In this document: piece by piece, positions 13,392-24,264 of the stretch
How the letters are laid out: each line of letters starts with the position of its first letter
How positions within the stretch are numbered: the first letter of the stretch is position 1
NCBI RefSeq assembly: GCF_026210795.1
Contig: NC_089430.1
Location: forward strand, 2,666,001 to 2,730,000
Direction: 5' to 3'
From: Rhizophagus irregularis
Taxonomy: Eukaryota
DNA: 64,000 bases
The notes under the pieces: generated by a model
What the model saw: the letters and a program-made list of their open reading frames with translations, nothing else
What the model was told of the DNA's origin: nothing
Database searches by the model: none
Translations under genes and position numbers: made by a program

Positions 13392-15502
13392 ATATTTTGA
13401 CATTTATTTTATTGCGAGAATGAAATAATCTTTATACGTGAGATTCTTATCAGATGACCCTCCTTGAACACTTAACAACTGAAGCCAATCATTTTAATCA
13501 ACCCAGCAATCGTTTATTCGTTTGGTATTTATCCTTTCTGACTGTATACAATAGCTAAATATATAAATATCAAGACACTTTTAGTTTTCGTAATAACCTC
13601 AAGAGAATTTTGCGTTGATTATCACGTATCACATGATTTTGTGGTTACGTAATTAAATAAGTAAAAATTAATATTTAAAGACATTAAGTATTTTATTTAA
13701 AATTTTAAACCGAAAATCACCTTTAAAAAAGTTAAAATTATTTTAAAAAAGCGAATATTTCATAATTCAATTAATTTACTATCTTATCTACGGAGTAAAT
13801 CATCGTATACTTATTGTGATCTTTCAAAGTACGTGGATTTGTAATTTGTCTGTCATACTTATTAATACCAGTTAGTCAGTTACTAAATTTTTAACACCCT
13901 TGAAACTCGTCCAAACTGCATGTAAGGTTTTGCCCATCGTTTATTCCAATATTTTCTTATTCTTCCACAATTCTCAATGCTTCACGTAGCAATCTTTAAA
14001 TAATCGCACTGTTCAATCGTCGTCATGGTAACTTGTTGAATTTACAATTGTAAATTGGGTAGGATCTATCATTATTCATTAAATTAGTTATGTTATTTAA
14101 TACATTATCTAAACAAAAAAAAAAAAGAATTACGTTTGCTAAGTATGCATAATATAATAGTACTATTTACTTTGTTTGAATTAGAAAATGGCTTTTTGAA
14201 TTGATTCTTCAGCTAATAAAAATATATTTGTATATATTCCTTGTTGAACTTTGTGAAAAAAAGAAGGATTAATTGTAAATTCAGAAGCATTAATTAAATG
14301 CTTACAAAGAAAAAATTGATTTTTTAAAAGCCAAAATAAAAACATATTCACTCAGTAAATATTTATTATTAACAAGGAAAACGTCCTTGATAATCGAAGG
14401 TTTCAAGACTTTTTATCGCATCACAAATTAGAATCACAAATTAGAATCTATTTATCAAAACATAACTGCTTAAAAACACGCCATAGAATGGACCATATGA
14501 CCGTCCTACCAGTTTAAAATCATCAAAATTAGTGGACTGCCTACGCCCAGAGATTTATCCATTGTGAATAAAATTATTATTAGTAATTAATTCAGAAAAC
14601 AATATTAAGATATAATACACAATATTATTAAATTAAAAGGAAATTAATTATTCTCTAATTCTATATTACTAGTCCGTTTTAAGAAGTTACACAAATTTTA
14701 ATATTTTATTGTGCATCGTCACGTTGGGATGGCAGATTAATTGATAAGCTAAATTTTTAAATTTTGGTTCTAATTAGCATTTAAACAAATTAAAGGCTTA
14801 AAATAATATATTATAACATAAAAAAATAATGTGATATCACTTTTTTTGAAAAATACTCTTTTTTCTAAAGAGCTGTGCCCAAAAGTAATATTTTAGTAAT
14901 ATTTTATTACTTTTGTAACGAGACATTTTGTGTACTCTTTACGTAGAAATATATAGTCTTTCATTACACTTCGGACTAATAACTGTTAGGATCAACTTAA
15001 AAATGGAACAAAGTGACTTCACCCTTAATATCCGAAAACAGCCACTCGGGAAAAAGATACGATTTACGGAAGAAATGAGTAAAATTCATTTATTTGGATT
15101 TTTTTTTCATTTGGTATTTAAAATTATTAAATGACAATAATGTCAAAATAATTGTGTTGTTATATATTGTTATAAATATTCTATACGTTTACAAATGATG
15201 GCAATATTACTAAGTAAACGGAAACCGTCGCTATCTGTAATCTAAAACGGAGTAAAATCACGCGTTACAAAAACAAATAAAATTGTGTTAAAGGAAAAGC
15301 AGGGGAAGTTTAATTCAAGGGAAAGTATGAAGCGCCGTACTTAACATGAAAACAAATATTTATAATGCGTGATGCAGGGGCGCATTGACAAAATAATTGT
15401 CACGGTGAGTCATAAATAGTAATGCGTTAGATTGTTACATTGAGTTCAGATTTTTTTTTATTTAAAGACAAGCTTTTTCTTACACTTTTTTTTTTAATAA
15501 AA

Positions 15503-15688
15503 ATGTTTTATGAAATAAGTAAGGGTCACAGAGTCATTAATCTTCTACTAAAATGTATTATTCCGTTAACTAACTTTTAACTTTTTATTTAAGCTGATAA
15601 ATGCTCGTATTTAGAATGTGTAATTGATGTAGAATGCTATTTTTGTAAGGCGTGCTATAGTCATTGTACTTGTGGTAAATGTAAGTAA
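15503..15688 (+). CDS. Small cysteine-rich (metallothionein-like) peptide, 36 aa, spliced
   Basis: Exon 1 15503-15518 (ATG preceded by AAAA). Intron 15519-15593 (GTAAGG...ACTAAC branch...TTTAAG). Exon 2 15594-15688. Translation MFYEITDKCSYLECVIDVECYFCKACYSHCTCGKCK*, 8 Cys. An alternative donor GTAAGT at 15681 could extend it. Confidence 0.6.
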
Positions 15689-16766
15689 AATTCTTTTATT
15701 CTCATAATGACTCTGCGACTCTGTGACAAAAATAAGCATAATATAAATTTTTATAAGTAAGTTATATAATTTCTTTGATTATATCAAATATTATAAACAC
15801 TATAATAAACATAATAAAATTACGAGTTCAATATATGTGATGTATTATTTATTATAAACTGAAAATTTCATTCTCTGGTAAATGTAAGTTGTTTATTTCA
15901 ATTCCCTACTTTAGACATACAGTATGTATTATGTTCTCTATAACGATCCTTCGTCATAAATATCTTTGCAGAGTTATTTAGAAAAAATTAAATGAAACAT
16001 ATAAAATCTATTCTTTTAAACTGCCATTCACCATATTGGCAAACTCACCCTCTAATAATAGAAAAAAAGGTAACCTATGATTAATGAATGGGATCATAAT
16101 CATAAATCTAAAATCGGGTGGTAACGAAAAATATTAACGAGTAACGAGTAAAGTAGAAGACTAGTCTCTATAAAATAAAACCCGTATTTATCTTTCACTC
16201 CGGAAGGAGTGCTACACGTAAATACTGTAAGGTGTAAAATGATGGCGGCCAAAAGATTTGCATCAACAAATACCTCAACGTCTGGGGTAAAAAAATTGCC
16301 AAAAGGAACTTATTTTAGTGTAAATTTATTTTCTATTCACATGACGTTGAATCAAAAATTACCGATGCATTACTTTTGATCGTGACTAAAATGACCTAAA
16401 ATCATTATAGTATAACTTAAGTTATTGTTAATTTCACTGTTGAAAATTTTTTATTTGTGCAAATAAAATCAATTAATTTTCATTACTGTAATAATAATTA
16501 AAAATTGCAAATATAAAAGCGGCCAGTCGGGAGAAATTAATAAAGATCGGCATAATTTTTTGATTTACAATATGGAAATTGATACCGGGTCAACTCGGGC
16601 AAGACGGGCATCTACCTTGTGAATTAACCAGATGCAGGTGCACTGACAAAATAATTGTCACATTGAGTCATAAGTAGTAATTGAATTGATACGTTAAATT
16701 CCGAAGGATTGACAGATTTTTTTTTTTATTTAAGACAAACTTTTGCTTGCTTACTTTTTAATAAAA

Positions 16767-16936
16767 ATGTCTTTATGAAATAATAAGGGTCACAGAGTTA
16801 TTAGTCTTCTACTAAAATGTATTCCGTTAACTAACTTTTTAACTTTTTATTTAAGGTGTGTCAGTGCCTATATCAGTGCGTGCCCGCCGCTCGCGTGCTC
16901 GTATTTGTGCTCACATGTTGTGGTAATGGTAAGTAA
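16767..16936 (+). pseudogene. Degenerate paralog of the Cys-rich micropeptide
   Basis: Exon 1 is frameshifted (ATGTCTTTATGA) and the donor GT is lost (AATAAGGG). The exon-2 equivalent still yields Cys-rich pieces in different frames (CQCLYQC, ACPPLACSYLCS, TCCGNGK*). Confidence 0.55.
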
Positions 16937-17479
16937 AATTTTTTTCTCATAAATAATGACTCAATAACTCTGTGACAAAAAATAAGCGTAATACAAATTA
17001 TGTATAATACTCTTATAAATCCTATATTATATATATTTCTATCATTATAAAAACTATACCCATATATACAATAAACATAAATTTTTTTTTATTTTATATT
17101 TCATCACGTTCAAGTATTTTCAATAAATTTATAAAATTATAAAGTTCAAACCATGTAATGCATTGTTCTCTGGTAAAACGTACATTAATTTGTATACCCC
17201 TAGAATCGTACTGTCGCAAAAAAATTTTAAATTTATATTAAGCATGTCACCCCAGAACTAAAGTCTGCAAGCTGATTGAATTGTACCACACATATGAAAT
17301 TACAACCATTTCATTTAACGCAGTTCTTTTTTAAGTTCAATTTAAGACATAATGATTTTTATACAAGTATATCTTTTTTTTTCTGCGAGTTGAATTCATA
17401 ATCATTTGTATTCTTTGTTTCAGGCACTTTCAATAACATGCTATCCTTTTTACAATAAAATTTACGATTCGATTAATAT

Positions 17480-18025
17480 AGGACCCAGAAATATATATAT
17501 AGGGGTCAGGTGGCGAAAAATTTTTTTACTATGAGCTGTACGCAGAGACTTTTTATATGAGTAGTACGCATAATTGACACCTGATATTGAAAATCCTGCA
17601 AAAATACGCAAATAAAATTTCAGACATTTAAGTTATTAATTATTTTATCATGGCTTCTATATTATTTATAAAACCAAATACTAATGTGAAAAAAATAGAA
17701 TTTACCATTTTTTTAATAATATTTTTCTAAAATTTCACTTTTTAACCCTTAGAAATTTCTTTCAATTAATACTAAATATTACAATGCGGTTAATTAAATA
17801 AATACAGTAAATATATTATATATATAAGATTAGCCAAATTTAGGCCAAAAATACGCAAACTAATTTTTTACATATAAAAATTTTGATAAAAAATACGCAA
17901 TCTTGATGACCTAACTATAGATGAAAAATCTAAAATTGTACGCAAATCAAAACTTTACTCCGTCTAATTCCACTATGATGGCGACGCATCTGTGTACCCT
18001 ACCCCTGTATATATTTCTGGGTCCT
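17480..18025. mobile_element. Non-autonomous TIR DNA transposon (546 bp)
   Basis: TIR AGGACCCAGAAATATATA(TA)TAGGGGT ... ACCCCTGTATATATTTCTGGGTCCT. 8-bp direct repeat ATTAATAT at 17472-17479 and 18026-18033 (exact boundary ambiguous because the target is near-palindromic). Repeated internal (A/G)TACGCA motifs. Confidence 0.85.
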
Positions 18026-18070
18026 ATTAATATCATGATAGTTGTTATTTATAAACCGTAATTTTTGCAA

Positions 18071-18319
18071 TCCTGTAAAAAAAATCGATATATTCCGTCT
18101 TTTTTCCGGCTCATATATCCGGAATTAATAACCTTATATCCCCGGGTCACTTGCAATGTATCATGGTGATGACTACCAAGTTGTATCTAATCGTGAAGCT
18201 GGATTAGATCGTGCTACATTAGAATTTATCGAATTATTTACATTTTCCGTGAATGGATCCGTGAAAGGCTCATTTTACGGAGATTTTACAGAAATAACGG
18301 ATAAAATTTTTTATAGGGA
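18071..18319. mobile_element. Small CCTGTAAAAAA-terminated repeat element carrying an inserted coding fragment
   Basis: Ends TCCTGTAAAAAA ... TTTTTTATAGGGA. Segments 18072-18113 and 18233-18298 match 51363-51488. The ~120 bp between them is absent from the 51363 copy. Confidence 0.6.
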
Positions 18320-20003
18320 ATCAGCATGATCTTTTTCTCACAATTAATTTCTTTCCACCAGATCAATGAAATGAATAGTAATGATTTTTTGCGTTGGAAT
18401 TATAAGAGCTTTATTTCTTATGGTTAAGTATGCCTAGATAAAATTATATTTTTTATACAGACTATAAGCACACATTCATCCTCAATAAAACGTGTCATAA
18501 TATTATTAAAATGCTAATTACAATTTGTGTTCTAATTATTAATTATACAGTCCGGGGTGAAGCGTAGGACAATTTACTGTACGAATTAATTTTGTGGTAA
18601 CCCATGCCTTAACTTTTCTATGAAGCCGTACTGATCAAAGATCCCGGGTAGTTACCCTGGATTTTTCATTTTTGATCAGTATTCAATGTCAATATTAAAA
18701 AATTTTTTTTGGATCACGATATGACGATAAAATTTGGAATTATAGATAATTATAGATGTAAGAAATTTACCAATATATGAAAATATAGTAAGTTTAAAAG
18801 TTAAATAGAAAGGAGAAATGGGTTATAAAATAATTCTAACGATATTAACATACTCAGTAGTTGGTCGTTGGAGAAATAGTTATATGATCTCGTAGGAGAT
18901 TATAAATTCTCTGACATTACTAAATTTTATGCTGATAAACTTTTTTTTTTAAGTATCTATTGTTATAAAAGCCACCAACAAAAAATATACTCTTCTTTAT
19001 TTTGATATAAAATAATTACTTTTTAACCTAACTTTTTCAAAATAAAATACAAAAATTCTCTTTCTAATCTTTATTGGTAATTTTATTACAAATGAGTTAA
19101 AAGATTTTTACAATTTTAACAATATTAGATATCACAATGTGCGAGTTTATAAAGATAATTTTTGCATGCAGGATTTTTGTTATAACAAAATAGGATAATA
19201 AAATACCTTTCTTAAATAACTAAAAATTTGAGATTTTAATAATAAAATTCATTTTTTTAAAATAATAATATTTAATTATCTTAATTATCTGGCCTCCGGA
19301 ATTTATTTTTCTATAAAAACTATTCCTTAAATTTAGAAAGATTTCTTGTTATGTCAAGTTATTATTGCCTAAGGTGAAACATGAGAATCTAAAAAATAAA
19401 ATATATATTAGAAGACTCGAGTACTCTAAGTAAGCTTTGTAGAAAAGACAGATTCAAGCCCCCATGCCTACTATCAACTGACATTAACGATATATCGTGA
19501 GTGATCAAACTCGTGCAGAGGTACTGTCACATTGATAATAAGACATGAGACCCACCACCAAAGGGAAGGGCCCCACATACAGAAGTCTGCGACATAGCTT
19601 GAGATATTGTTTTTCTCATTAAAGGTAACCAGACTACTAGAAGAGGAGGATAACCGAAGCACACTAGGTGCACAAATCCCTTATACATCCCAGCTTAGTC
19701 ATTTCCACTTACCAGGATAACAAAAAAGCCCAATAAATTATTCCATTTACTTTCAAGGCTTTTGCAAGGAAGGATAACAACAAAGGTGATATATGTATTT
19801 ATTAAATAAAACATTAGCTTTCAAGAGTTATAATAAGTATTAAAGAAGAAAATATTATATTAAAATAAATAGAAAAAATAACTTTTCAAAACTAAAGAGT
19901 TTAATATGCGATTTTATAGATAATTTCTTATCATGGGAAAATCATTAAAATCAAATACTGTGAGTCATTGTGATTATTATAATGTAAGATTGTTTACGCG
20001 TTA

Positions 20004-20446
20004 GCACATCTGAAATGTGTGTCAGGTTGACGGCGCAGTGTGGCGCAGCGATTTTTCCAAAAAAATTAAATTGCAATTTTTTTTATTTAAAATAAAACCT
20101 TTAAATTACTGCACTAGATGTATTTTCGTCCGCTCTGCAAATTTACTTAGAGTATATACGGGCGATTTAGAAGGCCATTTTCGAGTTATTTAACAAAAAC
20201 CGTTTTTTTGACAAATCCAATTTTGGAAATGATCGGCAAAGACGATAAAATCAGTTGTTATATACTAAAGTCAAAATCTACGTCCAAAACCTCCTTCCGT
20301 TTATAAGTGAATTTTGTAAAACAGATGAAAATACATCTAATGTGTAAATTTGAAAGCATTATATTAAAAAGAAAATCTTCAACTTAGATTTTTTTGAATT
20401 ACTGCGCCACACTGCGCCGTCAACCTGACACACATTTCAGACGTGC
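20004..20446. mobile_element. Mutator-like (MULE) non-autonomous element (443 bp)
   Basis: ~45-bp near-perfect TIR GCACATCTGAAATGTGTGTCAGGTTGACGGCGCAGTGTGGCGCAG, extending imperfectly to ~150 bp. Perfect 9-bp TSD TACGCGTTA (19995-20003 and 20447-20455). A related internal block occurs at 45737-45769. Confidence 0.92.
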
Positions 20447-21169
20447 TACGCGTTATATCCATTACGCGTATACGGCGTATATGCGTATGTTGGTTACAAA
20501 TCGGTTGTATCACGTTTTTTAGATGAAAAAAAAAATAGATTTATTTAATAACTAGTGAATTACCAATTTAACTAACATGACTCCCATCCCTCCCATCCCT
20601 CACTTTGGCCATAACAGAGACATTTATCATGTGACGCAATTCTTAAATGTACTGTACAATACTACAATTATTACTGTTGATAAATTTTCTTTCCAACATG
20701 ATGTTAAACATACTTTCAATATAACGGAATTCTTTTTTCCTTGGAAATAAAAAATCATCTTTCTTCATCTATATTTCGTTAATAGTCTAAAGGAACTTTT
20801 TCACAGTGATGCCTTCTCATAATGTCAATTCCAGTCTGAATATCAGATTTATTGAATTAAAGTTCCCATGTACCATTAGAATAAAATTGTGATTTAGGCT
20901 TTTTTGTGTCACTTTCATTGTGTGTCATCAAATAATAAATTTTTTAATTTTGGTCAATAAATTAGCGAACGCAACAAAGAAACACTGTGCAAAATTATTT
21001 TTTTGATTAAATGTTTTTTTTTTGATTTTTTTTTATTTATTACATTTTTGTAATCTATAATGCACATGTCTAATAATTTAACATGTTACCTTATTTCATT
21101 TGTAAAATATTTATAAATTTTTATATTTAATTCATATAATATTTGTCGATGAAACGGTTGTCGATCACA

Positions 21170-21680
21170 TATTGTTATAGCCCAATTTCCTAAATGCTGT
21201 GATGCAGTTGGTCTATTGGATGAAACATTGTAACAATAATCTAGCGAAAGCTCGCTTGTATAAGTTGTGAATCATGAGGTCTGTCACAATAAGGGTGTAC
21301 ACCAGCTGATAACATCCACATGATCATGCCGAAGCTGTATATGTCAGACTCTTTAGTTAATGTATATGAGTATATCCATAAAAGATTTCAGGAGAAACGA
21401 AGGGTATTACTCCGTAAATTTGCTTAGAACATATTTATTTATCAACAGGTCCATGTAATCCTGTGTCTGTAATTTTAGCATTTATTGAATCCATTTCGTT
21501 CTCAACCAGTATGTTCCCTCCATGTAAATTTCTGTGAACGAGACCGTGTTCCAAAAAAAGAGCTCCCATTGATTCGTCAAGATACGAATATAAATTCCCA
21601 TTTTCATAATATCTCATAACGACGTAACACGATGTCGAATCTTTAGTTATTCCAGCGTCGTATCACGCAGAAATTTCATC
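21170..21680 (-). pseudogene. Protein kinase pseudogene fragment
   Basis: GITKDSTSCYVVMRYYENGNLYSYL...LVHRNLHGGNILV...ITDTGL, then a stop, IYGVIPFVSPE, a frameshift, and TKESDIYSFGMIMWMLSAG. Internal deletions are present. Confidence 0.85.
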
Positions 21681-21992
21681 TATAGCGAACTTTTACTTCC
21701 GACTAACTTATGAAAATTTTTGTATTAAATATAATTTAATATAGCAAATTGAGATGTAATAAATTGGAAATTAAAATAATTCTACCATCCGAAAGTGCGA
21801 TCATTACGGTCACGTGCTCTTCTTGTATCATAATTTTTTATAGTATTTTTCGGTTAATTATCCGTGCCTTTTTGTTTGGATGGATCCAACCTCAAATTAA
21901 TTTCCTGAATTATAAATAAATACGATGATCACGACCCGGGATTTAATACGCATTTTTCCCCTTCCAAAATTAAAAAATTTTTAAATATTATC

Positions 21993-22416
21993 ATGGCCAC
22001 GATTATTACTATCGCCGCAATTGAAAGAGCTGTTACATTATTAGATTATAGCGTTCATTATGTAACCTAACCAGTGAACATGAATTTCTAAAGCAAACGA
22101 TTCTTGATGATGAACCTCTTATGATCTTGCAATGAAAATAGCTTATGACATGAGACCAAAATTAGATCAGAAATTCCATCAGAATATAAAAATTTGATGA
22201 AACTTGGAATGCTGATCCATTAAAAAGACCTGATATAGATGATACTCTTTATGATGAAATCGAAAAAATGTGGAAAAATTCTTACGATAAAAATTATACA
22301 AATGAATCTAATATTTTAGAGTATAATCAAAATTTTCAAACAAATTCTAAACTAATACATGTAAGTTCAAGTTCTAAGCTACTGTACTGTACATTTCAAT
22401 AGAAATGCAACTGAAG
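21993..22416 (+). pseudogene. Internally deleted copy of the 6455-type kinase
   Basis: ATGGCCACGATT...GCCGCAATTGAAAGAGCT (N-terminus) is fused at ~22118 directly to TATGATCTTGCAATGAAAATA (YDLAMKI, C-lobe). It continues to GCTGATCCATTAAAAAGACCT and AGAAATGCAACTGAAG|GT, with stops and frameshifts. Confidence 0.85.
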
Positions 22417-23003
22417 GTAATCTTAATATATAAAAAAATTTTTTTTTATTTTAAACTGAATAACTATTAATTTATATTATTGTTCAGTCGATTCGATTAG
22501 GAATATGCGGGATTTATTGATCGATATTTTATGAGACCTCCAATATTGAAATCAGTATTAGTAGTATCAAATACTTATGGCATAATTTAAGCATTTTGGT
22601 CAAACGAAATTTGCTTTTATTGAATAATTAAGTTGTTCAGCAGGTATGGAAATATCCAGATATTAATTTTTATGATTATTGAGTAAATATTCATGGAATT
22701 ATTATTGTTTCAATTTTACAGAATAATTTTGGCACTTTATTAAACTATTTTAGTTTATTTGTTTATTAAAACTTTATAATAAAATATATATAAAACATTT
22801 TATTTTAATTTGAAATGCGATGTTAAAATATTAAAAATATTAAAATTTTGGTTCTTGTTATATTTGAAATTAAAATATTTTTGAAGTTCTTTCTCTTATA
22901 TTTTTTCGCGCGAAACAGCAAATTGAGCAAAGAAACCTTGTGGCTAATAATGATCGGATGTGCCACATTTTGGCCCAATCATATTTAAGAAAAAGGGGTA
23001 CAG

Positions 23004-23067
23004 CTAACGTTACCACAAAAAAAAAAAAGCACTGTGCGTCACAGTGCTTTTTTTTTGGTAACGCTAG
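23004..23067. repeat. Compact fold-back palindrome
   Basis: CTAACGTTACCA-C-A12-GCACTGTG / CGT loop / CACAGTGC-T9-GGTAACGCTAG. Confidence 0.8.
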
Positions 23068-23669
23068 GCGGCTAGGGTATTTCAAGGTATCACCACTCCA
23101 GTACAATATTCAGCCATTTCTAATTATAAACAACGATTTGATCTACCAAAATAATACAACACAATAGTCTATGTAGTTAATGCGGTTCAGAATCTTTTTT
23201 TTTATTGTGAATCTGTTTATTTACTGAAACAAATTAAACAAAATTTAAAAATTTATTATTCGATAACGTGCTGTACCAAAATAACACATCACAATATTTT
23301 ATGGTAGATTATGCTGATTAGAATCTTCTTTTGTATTGTTCGATAGCATGTCGTACGCCAGTCTTTATTAAGATTACTAGTAGGTCTTACTAATATGCAA
23401 ATTAGAACTTATTGTAATAATCTAAGGTAGGTTATTTGCACTGTTGTTTTTTTGGAAATTTAAAATACGAATCCCACCCACATATTCTGCGTCAGAAAGA
23501 TAATCACAAGTATAGAATCGCCCAGAAAATAATCATTTGTACCATTATTTTTGGAAAAATAAAATACAAAAAGATTAGCCCCATTAACTGGCGTGTCAAG
23601 AAGTAATATGATGCTCAACATATATATATTCACCTTAACTACTAATTATTACAACAACTATCCAACAAA

Positions 23670-24264
23670 ATGCGCCATTTAAAACGTCTTCTCTTTGGAA
23701 TTATTCTCTCGTCATCCTTTGGTTCAGCTTTTTGCTGACGAATATGATCCTAGACAAGATGTGTTTGATCAAGTAATCAATGCGCTTGTTCCTATACTGA
23801 TAGTTTTTTTATTTGGCACGAAAGGATCAGAAGATAAGGAAGAACCGGAACGATCAACCGAGGCAAATTCGATAAACTCAAAAGGTTCAGACGAAGAAAA
23901 GGCAGAACTCAAGTTAACGGTCAAACAAACCTTTAAAATAGTAACATCCAAACTAACCTTTAAAGGAGTTTTCGAAGACCTTCTTTATCTTTCATCATTA
24001 TACATTCTACCAAGTATAGTATTTTATAAAAACCACGAAAAATTCGCAATTCCCCTCTGGATTCCAATCCTTTCTGTAGTTACAACTGGCGTTGTTATCA
24101 TTTTAGTTGTATTATCTCTTTATAATTTTCTTGCAGCTTCATCTTACTCAATGTTAAAAGAGTTCATATTTGATTTTCTTGTTCATATATTTGCAATCAT
24201 TAATGAAATTTGTTTCATATTTTACACCAATAATACCCCTGCGAATAATATAAATTTAGATTAA
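23670..24264 (+). pseudogene. Signal-peptide-bearing multi-pass membrane protein, frameshifted (pseudogene or sequence error)
   Basis: The ATG at 23670 gives MRHLKRLLFGIILSSSFGSAF. Removing one T from the T5 run at 23729-23733 joins it to ADEYDPRQD... with about four hydrophobic segments. Hydrophobic coding-like sequence with further stops continues to ~24510. Confidence 0.6.

Larger units (their letters stand above)
15371..17176 (+). repeat. Direct duplication of a ~500-bp segment (15371-15883 and 16631-17176)
   Basis: Shared blocks GATGCAGG..TGACAAAATAATTGTCAC..TGAGTCATAA, AAGGGTCACAGAGT..CTTCTACTAAAATGTATT..CCGTTAACTAACTTTT, TGTGACAAAAATAAGC and TTCTCTGGTAAA. Confidence 0.9.

Noticed and set aside
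13880..14560. Minus-strand kinase-like scraps (DFKLVGRSYGPFYG, AIKVLK)
   Set aside because: Too degenerate, with many stops, to assign confidently.
19440..19790. GC-richer island, possibly the 3' end of a LINE on the minus strand
   Set aside because: No recognisable RT/RNase H motif, poly(A) tail or TSD.
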